NCBI GenBank assembly: GCA_039190005.1
Contig: JBCCYM010000004.1
Span: 1-60,622 of the forward strand
Reading direction: 5' to 3'
Origin: Pseudomonadota bacterium
GTDB taxonomy: Bacteria; Pseudomonadota; Gammaproteobacteria; UBA12402
Length of the DNA stretch: 60,622 nucleotides
The notes under the pieces are model-generated. The model was given only the letters and a program-made list of their open reading frames with translations. It made no database searches and was not told where the DNA came from. Positions 29,007 through 40,107 of the stretch are shown one piece after another. The first letter of the stretch is position 1. Each line of letters opens with the position of its first letter. The translations under genes and the position numbers were made by a program.

Positions 29007-31808
29007 TTAGTTTAAGCATTTTAAATTGAGCGCGTCGACAACCACCGCTTCTTGTTTTTGTCGAAATTGTTTATTTGAACCCGATGATGGTGGCGCTGAT
29101 TCCAGACGGCCGACATAAATTACTGTCTTATCACTGCCCACACAAGCCTGCAATCTAAACGCGAGCGGATACCAAGCGCCATGATTTTTAGGTTCTTCTT
29201 GACACCAAACAATTTCCGCTTGTGGGTATTTTTTAATCTCAGCGCTAATTTCCGCTTCAGGGAAAGGATAAAGCTGTTCCACCCGTATAATAGCAATGTC
29301 TTTAATCTGTTCAGCGCGACGACAATCCAATAAATCGTAGTACACTTTACCGGAACACAAGACAACACGTTTTACTTTCGCAGGATCGAGATCATCTATT
29401 TCAGGCAATACTTTTTCAAATTTACCCTTAGCTAAGGCGTCAAGCGAAGACACCACCAGCTTATGACGCAATAAATTTTTTGGTGACATCACAATTAAAG
29501 GTTTGCGGACTTTATATAAAGCCTGTCGTCTCAACAAATGAAAAATCTGTGCCGGTGTCGTTGGATTACAAACTGACATATTCTGTTGCGCGCTCAGCAT
29601 TAAAAACCGTTCCAAATGCGCCGATGAGTGCTCCGGTCCGGCGCCTTGATAGCCATGTGGTAATAATAAAGTTAAACCACAGTAACGATCCCATTTCTGT
29701 TCACAAGCACTCAAGAATTGATCCATGATAATCTGGGCGCCATTAGCAAAATCGCCGTACTGCGCTTCCCATAATATCAAGGCATCCGGCTCAGTAGCCG
29801 CGTAACCATATTCAAAACCCAAAGCGCTCAGTTCAGAAAGCGGTGAATTGACACAGCAAAAATACTGCTGATCTTCACTTAAATGATTGAGCGGTGTGAA
29901 GGTTTCACCATTTTTCTGATCATGCAATACCGCGTGTCGATGGGCGAATGTGCCGCGCTGGCTATCCTGTCCGGCAAGGCGAATGTGATAATTTTCGGTG
30001 AGTAATGTGGCGAAAGCCAGTGCTTCGGCCGCGCCCCAATTCAATGCTTGTTCACCGGCAAACATTTTTTTCCGCTCATCCATAATTTTGCCGACCTGTC
30101 TTTGCAAAGCAAACTGTGCCGGCAAGGTTAACAAGCTTTTGCCCAGTTTTTTCAAAACATCCAATGACACCGTGGTATCGACATCAACATTCAGATCGGT
30201 ATTTTTTAAATACGGTTCCCAGCGATTAACATGTGCCGTGTCCGATGAGTTTTCAGTTGTCTCCACCGGTGTGCCGCCCTGATCAAGCAGTTCGCGATAC
30301 GCGTCACTGTACTGATCAAATTCTTGATCGCCGACTATTTTTTCAGCCAACAGTTTATCGGCGTAAATTTTAGCCGGAACAGGATGTTGACGGATGTGTT
30401 GATACATCAATGGCTGTGTCGCCGAAGGTTCATCGGCTTCATTGTGACCCAGACGACGATAACAAAACAGTTCAATGACAATATCCTTGTGAAACCTCAT
30501 GCGATAATCAAAGGCTAGTTTTGCCGCCAAATAAACGGCTTCGGCATCATCGCCATTGACATGCAACACCGGCGCCTCAATCATTTTGCTCACATCGGTG
30601 CTGTAATAAGACGAACGCGCTTCCGCGTGTAAGCTAGTGGTAAAGCCAACCTGATTATTAACGACAATGTGGATTGTGCCACCGGCAGTATACTCTTTGA
30701 GTAAGGATAAATTAAAAATTTCCATCACCACGCCTTGACCCGCAACCGCGCCATCACCGTGCATTAAAATCGGCAAAACCTGCTCGCGCCGCGCGTCTTG
30801 ACGACGGAATTGACGCGCGTGAACAGAACCCAGCGCGACCATACCAACCATTTCTAAGTGTGAAGGATTGGCCATCATGGATAAATGGGCAACGCCATGC
30901 GCTGTATTGACATTGGATGAGAAACCACTGTGATAAATCACATCGCCGGCACGATCGTCTCGGATATTGTTACCTTCAAATTCGTCTATTAAAGTGTTCA
31001 TCGATTTACCAAGCACATTCACTGAAACATTGACACGTCCACGATGTGGCATCCCAAGCACGCATTCTTTAACGCCCCGCGCGGTACTACTATTGATAAT
31101 AGTGTTTAAAGCCGTTATTAGATTATCACCTCCCTCCAGGGAAAAACGGGTTTTACCCACATATTTACGGCTGAGATATTTTTCCAAACCATCAGCGGCA
31201 ACCAGTCCTTTTAAAATCTGTTTTTTCTCTTCAGCGGATAAGGCGGTAGCTGGCGCCTCAATACGTTGGCGTAACCACTCACGCTCGTCTTCATCGTGGA
31301 TATGCATGTATTCAAAGCCTATGCTGCCGCAATAGGTTTTTTGCAAATCAGCAATCATACCCGCCAATTTTTTCTGCCCCATATCGCTATGCTGAACATT
31401 GGTATCCAAATCGGCATTACTCAGACCATAATGTGTTAAATCTAAAGCGGGCAACGGTGCCTGTTGATGTAATTTTAGCGGATCAAGCTGTGCCTGGCGA
31501 TGCCCATACCGACGGTAAGCCTCCACTAATCGCCATACTGAAAAATCAATCGTTGTCGCGGAGACGGGCATCGAAGTGTTTGACGCCGATGGCAATTTTG
31601 CCGCGTAAAAAAATTGTTGGCGTAAATCCTGATGTGAGATATCGGTGATTTGTTTACCACCATTTAATTGAGCAAAATACGCCCGCCATTCGTCAGGGAC
31701 ATTATCGGGATTATCGAGAAACTTATCATAAAGCGCCTCTAAATACTCACTGTTTACCCCAGCCAGATAAGAATCTTGCCGCCAATCTGCCATACTATTT
31801 TCTTTCAC
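29007..31808 (-). CDS. sucA: 2-oxoglutarate dehydrogenase E1
   Basis: RFSLEGG, GMPHRGR, NPSHLE, HGDGA (ThDP), WEAQYGDF, LLLPHG. Confidence 0.95.
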   Translation of the reverse strand: MKENSMADWRQDSYLAGVNSEYLEALYDKFLDNPDNVPDEWRAYFAQLNGGKQITDISHQDLRQQFFYAAKLPSASNTSMPVSATTIDFSVWRLVEAYRRYGHRQAQLDPLKLHQQAPLPALDLTHYGLSNADLDTNVQHSDMGQKKLAGMIADLQKTYCGSIGFEYMHIHDEDEREWLRQRIEAPATALSAEEKKQILKGLVAADGLEKYLSRKYVGKTRFSLEGGDNLITALNTIINSSTARGVKECVLGMPHRGRVNVSVNVLGKSMNTLIDEFEGNNIRDDRAGDVIYHSGFSSNVNTAHGVAHLSMMANPSHLEMVGMVALGSVHARQFRRQDARREQVLPILMHGDGAVAGQGVVMEIFNLSLLKEYTAGGTIHIVVNNQVGFTTSLHAEARSSYYSTDVSKMIEAPVLHVNGDDAEAVYLAAKLAFDYRMRFHKDIVIELFCYRRLGHNEADEPSATQPLMYQHIRQHPVPAKIYADKLLAEKIVGDQEFDQYSDAYRELLDQGGTPVETTENSSDTAHVNRWEPYLKNTDLNVDVDTTVSLDVLKKLGKSLLTLPAQFALQRQVGKIMDERKKMFAGEQALNWGAAEALAFATLLTENYHIRLAGQDSQRGTFAHRHAVLHDQKNGETFTPLNHLSEDQQYFCCVNSPLSELSALGFEYGYAATEPDALILWEAQYGDFANGAQIIMDQFLSACEQKWDRYCGLTLLLPHGYQGAGPEHSSAHLERFLMLSAQQNMSVCNPTTPAQIFHLLRRQALYKVRKPLIVMSPKNLLRHKLVVSSLDALAKGKFEKVLPEIDDLDPAKVKRVVLCSGKVYYDLLDCRRAEQIKDIAIIRVEQLYPFPEAEISAEIKKYPQAEIVWCQEEPKNHGAWYPLAFRLQACVGSDKTVIYVGRLESAPPSSGSNKQFRQKQEAVVVDALNLKCLN

Positions 31809-31980
31809 AGTTCTATTTTCCCCAATGTTATATTATAACCTTTCTTTACTCTGTGACGAGCTTAAGTGTATAATAAAAAATTAGCCATCGCAATTAATCT
31901 TGATTAATTTTTGCCAATTGATGATTCAACTTGAATACAGTTTTGGTTATAATCACCATTAAATTTAGCAGGAGTAACCA

Positions 31981-33180
31981 ATGATTATCAAACCCAAAGC
32001 ACGCGGATTTATTTGCACCACGGCTCACCCCGATGGTTGCCGTTTAAATATCCAAGATCAAATTAACACTATCAAAAACCAGGCGGCAATTCCCGATGGT
32101 CCCAAGAAAGTTCTCATTATCGGTGCATCAACCGGTTATGGCATGGCATCACGCATTGTTGCCGCCTTTGGCTGCCGGGCACAAACTATCGGCGTATTTT
32201 TTGAAAAAGCGGCAGCAGGTAAACGCACAGCTTCGGCGGGTTGGTATAATACCGCCGCCTTTGAGCAAGCTTGCCAAGACGAATCTATTTACGCCAAAAG
32301 CATCAACGGCGACGCGTTTTCGCGAGAAATAAAGCAACAGACCATTGATTTAATCAAAAAAGACTGGCAAGGTGGTGTTGATTTAGTGATCTACAGTCTC
32401 GCGTCACCACGGCGCACCGATCCTGATAGTGGTCAAGTATTCCAATCGACATTAAAAACAATCGGACAAGCGTATGATAATAAAACGGTGGATATTATCA
32501 GCGGTGACGTGTCTGACATTCATATTGACGCGGCAAATCCCGAAGAAATTGAAAACACCACGAAAGTCATGGGTGGCGAAGATTGGCAATTATGGATAGA
32601 CGCTTTACTGGAAGCGGATGTCCTAGCGCCTGGCGCGACAACTGTCGCTTACAGTTATATCGGTCCGGCATTGACCTATCCGATTTATCGTCATGGCACG
32701 ATCGGTCGGGCGAAACTTGATCTTGAAAAAACAGCGCGAACATTAAATCAACAATTAAACGCTGCTTGTCAGGGGCATGCCTATGTCGCTGTCAATAAAT
32801 GTGTGGTCACCCAAGCCAGTGCCGCCATCCCTGTTGTGCCATTATACACGGCATTATTATTCAAATTAATGAAAGCGAATGGCAGCCATGAAGATTGTAT
32901 TGAGCAAATCTACCGTCTTTTCGCGCAACGATTATATACCGGCAATACGGTGCCGGTGGACGATGAAAATCGTATCCGTATTGATGAGCGCGAACTTGAT
33001 GACACAATTCAAAGTGAAATTGAAGCATTATGGTCACAAGTTAATGCGCAGACCATCGAAAATCTATCTGATTTACACGGTGTGCGTGACGCGTTTTATA
33101 ACTTATTTGGCTTTAGTCGCAGTGACATTGATTACGAAAAAGAAGCTAAGGCTGAGGTGGACATTCCGTCGCTTAGATAA
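31981..33180 (+). CDS. fabV: Enoyl-ACP reductase FabV / trans-2-enoyl-CoA reductase
   Basis: TTAHPDGC, GASTGYG, YSLASP, VMGGEDW, QASAAIP. Confidence 0.95.
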   Translation: MIIKPKARGFICTTAHPDGCRLNIQDQINTIKNQAAIPDGPKKVLIIGASTGYGMASRIVAAFGCRAQTIGVFFEKAAAGKRTASAGWYNTAAFEQACQDESIYAKSINGDAFSREIKQQTIDLIKKDWQGGVDLVIYSLASPRRTDPDSGQVFQSTLKTIGQAYDNKTVDIISGDVSDIHIDAANPEEIENTTKVMGGEDWQLWIDALLEADVLAPGATTVAYSYIGPALTYPIYRHGTIGRAKLDLEKTARTLNQQLNAACQGHAYVAVNKCVVTQASAAIPVVPLYTALLFKLMKANGSHEDCIEQIYRLFAQRLYTGNTVPVDDENRIRIDERELDDTIQSEIEALWSQVNAQTIENLSDLHGVRDAFYNLFGFSRSDIDYEKEAKAEVDIPSLR

Positions 33181-33188
33181 TTTGATGA

Positions 33189-33259
33189 TTATTCAACCTA
33201 AAAATGGCATTGCTCCCTGAACCAGTCGAAAGGAGCAATGCCATTTTTAGGTTGAATAA
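33189..33259. repeat. Perfect 28-bp inverted repeat (MITE-type ends) with a degenerate REP unit as loop; probable bidirectional terminator
   Basis: TTATTCAACCTAAAAATGGCATTGCTCC-CTGAACCAGTCGAAA-GGAGCAATGCCATTTTTAGGTTGAATAA between convergent stops. Confidence 0.8.
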
Positions 33260-35581
33260 CTAAGGCAGCGTAAACCAAACATTACTACTGGCATCCTTAG
33301 TCCATAAAATACCATTAACACTACTACTACTGTAACTCGCTGCAATCAGCACTTGATTCGTATTAGGATTAAGTAATAATTGTGATGTCGTGATACCTAT
33401 ACCACCTGTCGGAGCTGTTCTACTCGACCAACTGTTATCGGAAGCCGCATCCGCTGTATATATTATGCCAGCCACATTATCCGCACTACTAGAATAACTT
33501 TCAGCAATCACTACATGACCATTGCCGGTATTCAGCAACAGTTGTGGTGGAACTATAAATGGTTCATTAGCCGGTATTGGCTCAGTTAACCAAGTATTGC
33601 TGGACGCATTCAAGGTATACCGTACACCACCAGCATCACTACTCAAATCGGTTAAAGGAGAACCTATTGTACCATTCGCGTAACCAGCAGCAATCACCAC
33701 CTGACCATTAACGGTATCCAGTAACAATTGCGGTGTGCTCGCCCTATTTGGAGTCGGTTCAGTTAACCAATTATTACTAGAAGAGGCATCCAATGTATAT
33801 ATCACGCCATACACACCATTATCAGAATTATTATAGCTGGCAGCAATCGCTACCTTAGCTTGTCCATTGCTACTGGTATTTAATAACAACTGCGGTATAC
33901 CCACAATTGCCCTACTAGGTGCTGAGTCAGTTGACCAGCTGTTGTCTGAGGATGCCTCTAATGTATACATCACGCCATTGACACTACCAGTACCGCCATC
34001 ACTATAACTGGTAGCAATTACCACATGACCATTAACGGTATTCAGCAATAACTGCGGAGAATCCCCCACAGAAGTTGCTTGCGCCGGCACTGGTTCAGTT
34101 GACCAACTATTACCTGAAGTCACCGTATACTGTATACCATCCTCACTACCACCATAACTGGCAGCTATCACTACTTGGCTTGTGTTAGTATTAAATAACA
34201 ACTGCGGTATGCCCAAGCTCGTTACGTTATCCGGATCACTCTTAATTTGCCAACCGCTGCGTCCTGAAGACGCATCTAAAGTATACATAATGCCAACCCC
34301 ATCCAAACCCGAACCATAGCTTGCAACAATTACTACTTTATTTGTCTTGGTATTCAGTAATAACTGCGGTGTACTAACCGAAACTGTATCTGAGGGAACC
34401 GATTCAGGCATTTGCCAGCCATCACTACCTAAGGACGCATCTACCGTATACATCACACCAGGCTGAATAGCTTCTAGTCGATTGCTATAACCAGCAGCAA
34501 TTGCTACTTTGCCTGTGACAGTATTCAGCAATAACTGCGGTGTGCCCACAATTGCCCCATCAATCGGCACTGGTTCAGTCAACCAGCTACTGCCTGAAGA
34601 CGCATCCACTGTATACATCACGCCATTCACACTACCAGTATCCCTATCGCTATAATTGGCAGCAATGACTACTTGACCATTAATAGTATTCAGCAATAAC
34701 TGTGGCTCTCCCACACCTGTTGCACCATCTGGCGCATCCTTATAGTGCCAAGTCTGTCCACTATCAAGACTGTAATATAAAACTGTGCCAGATGAAAATG
34801 CCAATACTGCTTTGCCATCATTGGCGCTCACTAACGTTGCCAAACTACCTCCTTCTAAAATTTCAGGCAACACCATCACCTGAATTATGGCTGACTCTAT
34901 TGTGCCATTGGGATCGCTCACTAACAGTGTGTGTTCACCAACACTTGCGCCTTCATCTAATACGGTAAAACGACATTCTTGCGTATCTGTCAAGGTACAG
35001 GTATTGCTAACAAACGATAGCTTTGTACCGCTTGTGGTATCCTCAATATTTAATGTTGTCGCGTCCAATGGCACACGCGAACTTACTTTGTGTTGTGCTA
35101 CCGATGCCCCAACCTGTACTGTTAAGGTTTTCTCACCACCTAAGGCAATCGCTTGAACTGGCATCGTGATACCAACCGACGCGGCAGTAATTTCCAACCC
35201 CACTGTAGAAGAAACAAGTGTCACATGAGGGTTGGTATTCGACAAGCTCAAATTCAGAGTATATTGACCGGGTACTGTTGCTAATGTCGTATTAATCTGG
35301 ATGGTACAGCTTGTCTGCCCTGCCGAAATGACGCATTGACCGTTAGACGGTGTAAATGTCACCGAACTATCCAAGGATGGTGTGCTACCCGTAATTGTTG
35401 CGGTCTCATTGGTACTAATTGGCGCGCTTAAGGTAAATACAATTGAAGTACTCTTACCCACCACAATACTATTTGCTGTGATGGTCGGCGTAATGCTTAC
35501 TTGAGTGATACGATTACCGGAGCAAGCAGTTAACGCTAGCATTACTGCTATAAACAATACGGTTCTTAACTTTATGTGCAT
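33260..35581 (-). CDS. Large lipoprotein: Ig-like N-terminal modules plus about 10 tandem beta-propeller-type repeats
   Basis: Lipobox LTAC-S; Asp-box YSLDSGQTW; nine ~55-aa repeats PQLLLNT..V.IAA.Y..G..YT.DASS..W. Confidence 0.75.
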   Translation of the reverse strand: MHIKLRTVLFIAVMLALTACSGNRITQVSITPTITANSIVVGKSTSIVFTLSAPISTNETATITGSTPSLDSSVTFTPSNGQCVISAGQTSCTIQINTTLATVPGQYTLNLSLSNTNPHVTLVSSTVGLEITAASVGITMPVQAIALGGEKTLTVQVGASVAQHKVSSRVPLDATTLNIEDTTSGTKLSFVSNTCTLTDTQECRFTVLDEGASVGEHTLLVSDPNGTIESAIIQVMVLPEILEGGSLATLVSANDGKAVLAFSSGTVLYYSLDSGQTWHYKDAPDGATGVGEPQLLLNTINGQVVIAANYSDRDTGSVNGVMYTVDASSGSSWLTEPVPIDGAIVGTPQLLLNTVTGKVAIAAGYSNRLEAIQPGVMYTVDASLGSDGWQMPESVPSDTVSVSTPQLLLNTKTNKVVIVASYGSGLDGVGIMYTLDASSGRSGWQIKSDPDNVTSLGIPQLLFNTNTSQVVIAASYGGSEDGIQYTVTSGNSWSTEPVPAQATSVGDSPQLLLNTVNGHVVIATSYSDGGTGSVNGVMYTLEASSDNSWSTDSAPSRAIVGIPQLLLNTSSNGQAKVAIAASYNNSDNGVYGVIYTLDASSSNNWLTEPTPNRASTPQLLLDTVNGQVVIAAGYANGTIGSPLTDLSSDAGGVRYTLNASSNTWLTEPIPANEPFIVPPQLLLNTGNGHVVIAESYSSSADNVAGIIYTADAASDNSWSSRTAPTGGIGITTSQLLLNPNTNQVLIAASYSSSSVNGILWTKDASSNVWFTLP

Positions 35582-35721
35582 ATAAAATCCTCTACCTTTA
35601 CAACAAAAAAAACAGATCTACTCTTAGGCAAAACTAAGCTTGCTCAAATATTGTATTTAAACAAATGTGATTTTGTCAAATTTAGAGCTGAGAACTTGAT
35701 AGAAAATCAATTATATTAGTC

Positions 35722-36123
35722 TCAAACAAATTGCTTACGCAGAATATCCGGTACATACGGACGTTTCTTTGCCGGATCTCGGCAATCCATACAGACACCG
35801 ATATTATCAGCAGTTGCCGCAATGATTTCGCCTTCTGATTTAATCACTTGCTGTTTGAACAAAAATTTTAATTTGCCTTGGGGGAATAATTCGCAGGTGA
35901 CATAGAATTTATCACTGGGCAGTAGTGGCGATTGAAATTTGATATGGCTTTCAATTAAAAATAAAAGCTGTTTGTTTTCAGTGAACTCAGCAAAATCAAT
36001 GCCTATTTCCTGAAGAAATTTATGGCGGGTATGCGCCATATAAATAAAATAATTGGCATTATTGACCACACCCTGTTGGTCGATTTCACTATCTCTGACT
36101 TCAAAATCCAGACGGTACATCAA
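35722..36123 (-). CDS. Acyl-CoA thioesterase, YbgC/FadM hot-dog fold
   Basis: EVRDSEIDQQGVVNNANYFIYMAHTR motif. Confidence 0.85.
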   Translation of the reverse strand: MMYRLDFEVRDSEIDQQGVVNNANYFIYMAHTRHKFLQEIGIDFAEFTENKQLLFLIESHIKFQSPLLPSDKFYVTCELFPQGKLKFLFKQQVIKSEGEIIAATADNIGVCMDCRDPAKKRPYVPDILRKQFV

Positions 36124-36160
36124 CTTATCCTCTCTCCTCCATCATTTCTGCATTTTCCCC

Positions 36161-36237
36161 CGCCATTCCCGCGCAGGCGGTCCCTGAGCCTGTCGAAGGG
36201 CGGTCCCTGAGCCTGTCGAAGGGTCGCGGGAATGACG
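36161..36237. repeat. Hybrid REP with two tandem inserted units
   Basis: CGCCATTCCCGCGCAGG-CGGTCCCTGAGCCTGTCGAAGGG x2-TCGCGGGAATGACG. Confidence 0.88.
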
Positions 36238-36289
36238 AATAATGGAGGCAAAAATAACAGAGAAAATATATTTTAGCATAGTTATAAAG

Positions 36290-37636
36290 TTACCCCGCCG
36301 CAACAGTCATTGATTCCAGCAATATTGAACCGGTATGAATATTGCCATTGTCATCAATATCATTGGCAACATCAACGAGGTTCGCGAACATAGCTTTGAG
36401 ATTAGCGGCAATGGTCAATTCAGTCACTGGATATTGAATCTCGCCATGCTCAATCCAAAAACCACTGGCACCACGGGAATAATCACCGGTTAGAATACTA
36501 ATGCCCTGCCCCATTAAATCCGTCACCAATAAACCTTTGTCCATTTTTTTTATCAAGGCGGCAAGATCATGATCACTATGGGAAATAAACACATTTCTAG
36601 CGCCACCGGCGTTAGCAGTTGTCTGTTGATCGAGCTTTCTGGCACTGTAACTGTTGAGTAAATAATGTCGCAATACACCATTAGCGACAATAGCACGTTC
36701 TTTGGTGGCAACCCCTTCACTGTCATAGGCTGAACTTCTTAATCCTTTAAGCAAATGGGGACGTTCATCTATGGTAATATGCGGCGCGAAAACCACTTGA
36801 TTGAGTTGATCCAATAAAAATGATGATTTCTTATAAAGATTATCACCACTTATCGCTGAGAGAAAATGGTTGATCAAACCACCGGCCACACGCGCGGCAA
36901 AAATGACTGGCACCCGACAGGTAGTGAGTTTACGCGGCGATAAGCGTTCAATGGTCTTACGCGCGGCGTTATTGGCTATCCTGTCAATGCTGAGTAAATC
37001 ATCGGGATCACGCGCGACACTGTAATCATAGTCACGTTCCATGTGATTGTCTTGTTCAGCAATCAACGTACAACTATGGCTATGTCGGGTGGCAAATTTT
37101 TGTCCGATAAAGCCATGACTATTGGCGTACACGGCGCAGCTTTGCACCGAAGCCATATCAAGTCCCTCACTCTGCTTAATACGCGGATCTATCATCAATG
37201 CCTGCTTTTCCGCGGCAATCGCGGCATTAATTGCCTGTTCAGGGGTAATATCCCAGGGATGATATAAATCTAAATCCGGTATGTCGCTTGCCATCAATGC
37301 CGCATCCGCTAGCCCATGACAACTGTCTTCCTGGGTATGACGGGCGATAAAACAGGCTTTCTCAACCATTTCTTTAAGCGCTTGTTCATCGCTTGCCGTC
37401 CCTGACACAGTCGCTTTTTTTTGACCGAAATAAACACTTAAACCGATCGCTTTGCTGTTATGATAAGTGAGTGTTTCAACATCCCCCATACGCACCGTGA
37501 TGTCAAAACCTTGATTGACCAACAGTGACGCGGCGGCTTGTGTGGCACCATTTTTTTGGCTCAACTGTATTAATTGTGCCGCGATGGCTTTGGTCTTATC
37601 TTTTTCCTGTTGTATGATTGATTGTGCTACGCCCAT
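36290..37636 (-). CDS. pmbA: Metalloprotease PmbA/TldE
   Basis: VRMGDVETL, MERDYDYS, DYSRGASGFW, TIAANL. Confidence 0.95.
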   Translation of the reverse strand: MGVAQSIIQQEKDKTKAIAAQLIQLSQKNGATQAAASLLVNQGFDITVRMGDVETLTYHNSKAIGLSVYFGQKKATVSGTASDEQALKEMVEKACFIARHTQEDSCHGLADAALMASDIPDLDLYHPWDITPEQAINAAIAAEKQALMIDPRIKQSEGLDMASVQSCAVYANSHGFIGQKFATRHSHSCTLIAEQDNHMERDYDYSVARDPDDLLSIDRIANNAARKTIERLSPRKLTTCRVPVIFAARVAGGLINHFLSAISGDNLYKKSSFLLDQLNQVVFAPHITIDERPHLLKGLRSSAYDSEGVATKERAIVANGVLRHYLLNSYSARKLDQQTTANAGGARNVFISHSDHDLAALIKKMDKGLLVTDLMGQGISILTGDYSRGASGFWIEHGEIQYPVTELTIAANLKAMFANLVDVANDIDDNGNIHTGSILLESMTVAAG

Positions 37637-39088
37637 CTACTCACCTGTTTCTGTGCCACCAACAATCAGTTCATCAACCAACAATGTCGGTTGACCAACG
37701 CCCACCGGCACACTCTGCCCCTGCTTGCCACAAGTGCCGACACCTTTATCCAACTTCAAATCATCACCAACCATAGATATTTTACGCAACACCTCGGCGC
37801 CATCGCCAATTAATGTCGCGCCTTTAACCGGCTGAGTTACTTTACCCTTTTCAATTAAATACGCTTCACTGGCGGAAAAAACAAATTTTCCATTGGTAAT
37901 ATCCACCTGACCGCCACTGAAATTTACTGCGTATAAGCCTTTTTCTACCGAAGCAATAATTTCTTCCGGATTATGCGGACCGGCCAACATATAGGTATTA
38001 GTCATACGCGGCATGGGTAAATGGGCGTAAGATTCACGCCGACCGTTGCCTGTTGGCGTGGCTTTCATCAAGCGGGCGTTATGTTTATCTTGCATGTATG
38101 TTTTTAAAATCCCCTCTTCAACCAATGTGGTGCATTGCGTGGGGACACCTTCATCATCAATATTTAAGGAACCACGTCGATTCGGCAAACTACCGTCATC
38201 AACAATGGTACATAATGGTGAAGCGATCCGTTCACCAATACGATTAGTGAATACTGAACTACCTTTGCGATTAAAATCCGCTTCTAAGCCGTGACCTATG
38301 GCTTCGTGTAATAACACTGCCGGCCAACCCGGACCCAGCACGACAGGCATGACACCGGCAGGCGCTGGTTTAGCGTCAAGTTTAATCAATGCTTCGCGTA
38401 CCGCCGCTTGCGCGTAACGCGAGGCCCGATCAGATTGCTGAAAAAAGCTATAGTCAAATCGACCGCCACCACCATAATAACCCTGCTCACGACGATTGTT
38501 TTCTTCAACAATCACCATCACATCCAAACGCACCAAGGGACGAATATCCGCCGCCAGTGTGCCATCGCTTGCCGCGACCAAGACAACATCGTGTTCCGCG
38601 GATAATGCCACAGTAACACGCTTAACCCTGGGATCTAAACCATAAGCCGCTTTTTCAATCTGCCGCATTAATGCTATTTTGTCACTGTCATCTACTGTTT
38701 TGAGCGGGTTATCCCCCGCGTAGAGTTGATGGCCAAACAAATAATGTAATTGCTGAGCGTTATCACTTCCGCCATATCGGGCGATACGCTTAGCCGCCTG
38801 AATGGATTGTTCAATTTGCGGTAAAATAAGTTCATCCGAATAAGCAAAGCCAGTTTTTTCGCCACTGATGATTCTGGCGCCGACACCACGACTGCTGTTA
38901 TAACTGCCGGATTTAATAATACCATCATCCAAACGCCAACTTTCACTGCTAGACTGCTGAAAATACAGATCCGCCTGATCAATGTCACGCGCCATCATGG
39001 TATCTAATACTTTTTGCAGTTTTGACGCAGAGAGTTCCGCCGGTTCGAGCAGTGTGTGTTCCGCTTGTTTTAATAGATCGTTGATCAT
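37637..39088 (-). CDS. tldD: Metalloprotease TldD
   Basis: [39 protein letters not shown]-like GTCGKQGQ. Confidence 0.96.
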   Translation of the reverse strand: MINDLLKQAEHTLLEPAELSASKLQKVLDTMMARDIDQADLYFQQSSSESWRLDDGIIKSGSYNSSRGVGARIISGEKTGFAYSDELILPQIEQSIQAAKRIARYGGSDNAQQLHYLFGHQLYAGDNPLKTVDDSDKIALMRQIEKAAYGLDPRVKRVTVALSAEHDVVLVAASDGTLAADIRPLVRLDVMVIVEENNRREQGYYGGGGRFDYSFFQQSDRASRYAQAAVREALIKLDAKPAPAGVMPVVLGPGWPAVLLHEAIGHGLEADFNRKGSSVFTNRIGERIASPLCTIVDDGSLPNRRGSLNIDDEGVPTQCTTLVEEGILKTYMQDKHNARLMKATPTGNGRRESYAHLPMPRMTNTYMLAGPHNPEEIIASVEKGLYAVNFSGGQVDITNGKFVFSASEAYLIEKGKVTQPVKGATLIGDGAEVLRKISMVGDDLKLDKGVGTCGKQGQSVPVGVGQPTLLVDELIVGGTETGE

Positions 39089-39097
39089 ATTCAGATG

Positions 39098-39451
39098 TTA
39101 AAATTTGATACCAAATCGTGATAGCAGTAAAAGCAACATAGCATAAGCCATCACGGTTAGCAATATGGCAATGAGCATGGCAAGATAAAAAGGAATTTTA
39201 AATTGTAACAATAATGTCGGCAAGCTGATGAAGAACACCAGTGACGGCAATACCAAGCAAAAAATGCCTTTTGATAATTCAGCAATCCTGTTGACATTAC
39301 CGGTATCCCAATACAACCAGAGTATCGACAGCAAGGCGATAATTGGCAATGAAGTCACTAATGCCGCGACAATGGTATTGCGCTTGGCTACTTCACTAAT
39401 AATGACAATCAGCAATGCCGAGACAAGGACTTTAATACTGTAATACAACAC
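39098..39451 (-). CDS. Small membrane protein, DUF3147-like
   Basis: IISEVAKR..AALVTSLP and LVLPSLVFF pattern, four TM segments. Confidence 0.6.
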   Translation of the reverse strand: MLYYSIKVLVSALLIVIISEVAKRNTIVAALVTSLPIIALLSILWLYWDTGNVNRIAELSKGIFCLVLPSLVFFISLPTLLLQFKIPFYLAMLIAILLTVMAYAMLLLLLSRFGIKF

Positions 39452-39476
39452 GCTGACAGTTTAGTCTAAAAGATGC

Positions 39477-40004
39477 CTAAGCTTGATAGCGTTTAACACT
39501 GGCATTGATTTCTTGACAAGCTGTTTCCGCGTCGTGCCACTGTTGTACTTTCACCCATTTACCTTTTTCTAAATCTTTATAGTGTTCAAAAAAATGTTTG
39601 ATTGATGCCAGCAAAGGCTGCGGTAAATCATCTGGCGATGTCACCTGATCATATAAAGGTGTTAATTTACTCACTGGCACAGCCAATATTTTCGCGTCTT
39701 TGCCGGATTCATCTTCCATTGCCAACATCCCCACCGGACGGCAACGAATCACCGAACCATGCACCAATGGAAAAGGGGTTACAACTAAGACATCAACCGG
39801 ATCACCATCCTCAGATAGCGTATTGGGCACAAAACCATAATTGACCGGATAACTCATTGCCGTGGCAACAAAGCGATCCACATGCAAGGCGCCACTGTCT
39901 TTGTCGATTTCATATTTAACCGGCAGTGTGTTGGCCGGAATTTCAATGACAACATTGATATCATGCGGCACATCAGCCCCGGCTTTAATTTTACTTAGAT
40001 TCAT
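39477..40004 (-). CDS. ppa: Inorganic pyrophosphatase (family I)
   Basis: [28 protein letters not shown]. Confidence 0.97.
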   Translation of the reverse strand: MNLSKIKAGADVPHDINVVIEIPANTLPVKYEIDKDSGALHVDRFVATAMSYPVNYGFVPNTLSEDGDPVDVLVVTPFPLVHGSVIRCRPVGMLAMEDESGKDAKILAVPVSKLTPLYDQVTSPDDLPQPLLASIKHFFEHYKDLEKGKWVKVQQWHDAETACQEINASVKRYQA

Positions 40005-40107
40005 AAACAGCTCTCCTCTTAGATGTTAAATTACTAATGGCTAACTATAACAAAAATAAATCCGCTTATAAACCTAAAAACCCCACTAAAAATCGCGGCT
40101 ATCATCC

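Noticed and set aside
33260-35581. Diversity-generating retroelement target hypothesis for the repeat lipoproteins
   Set aside because: No reverse transcriptase and no template/variable repeat pair differing only at adenines; divergence fits ordinary internal duplication.
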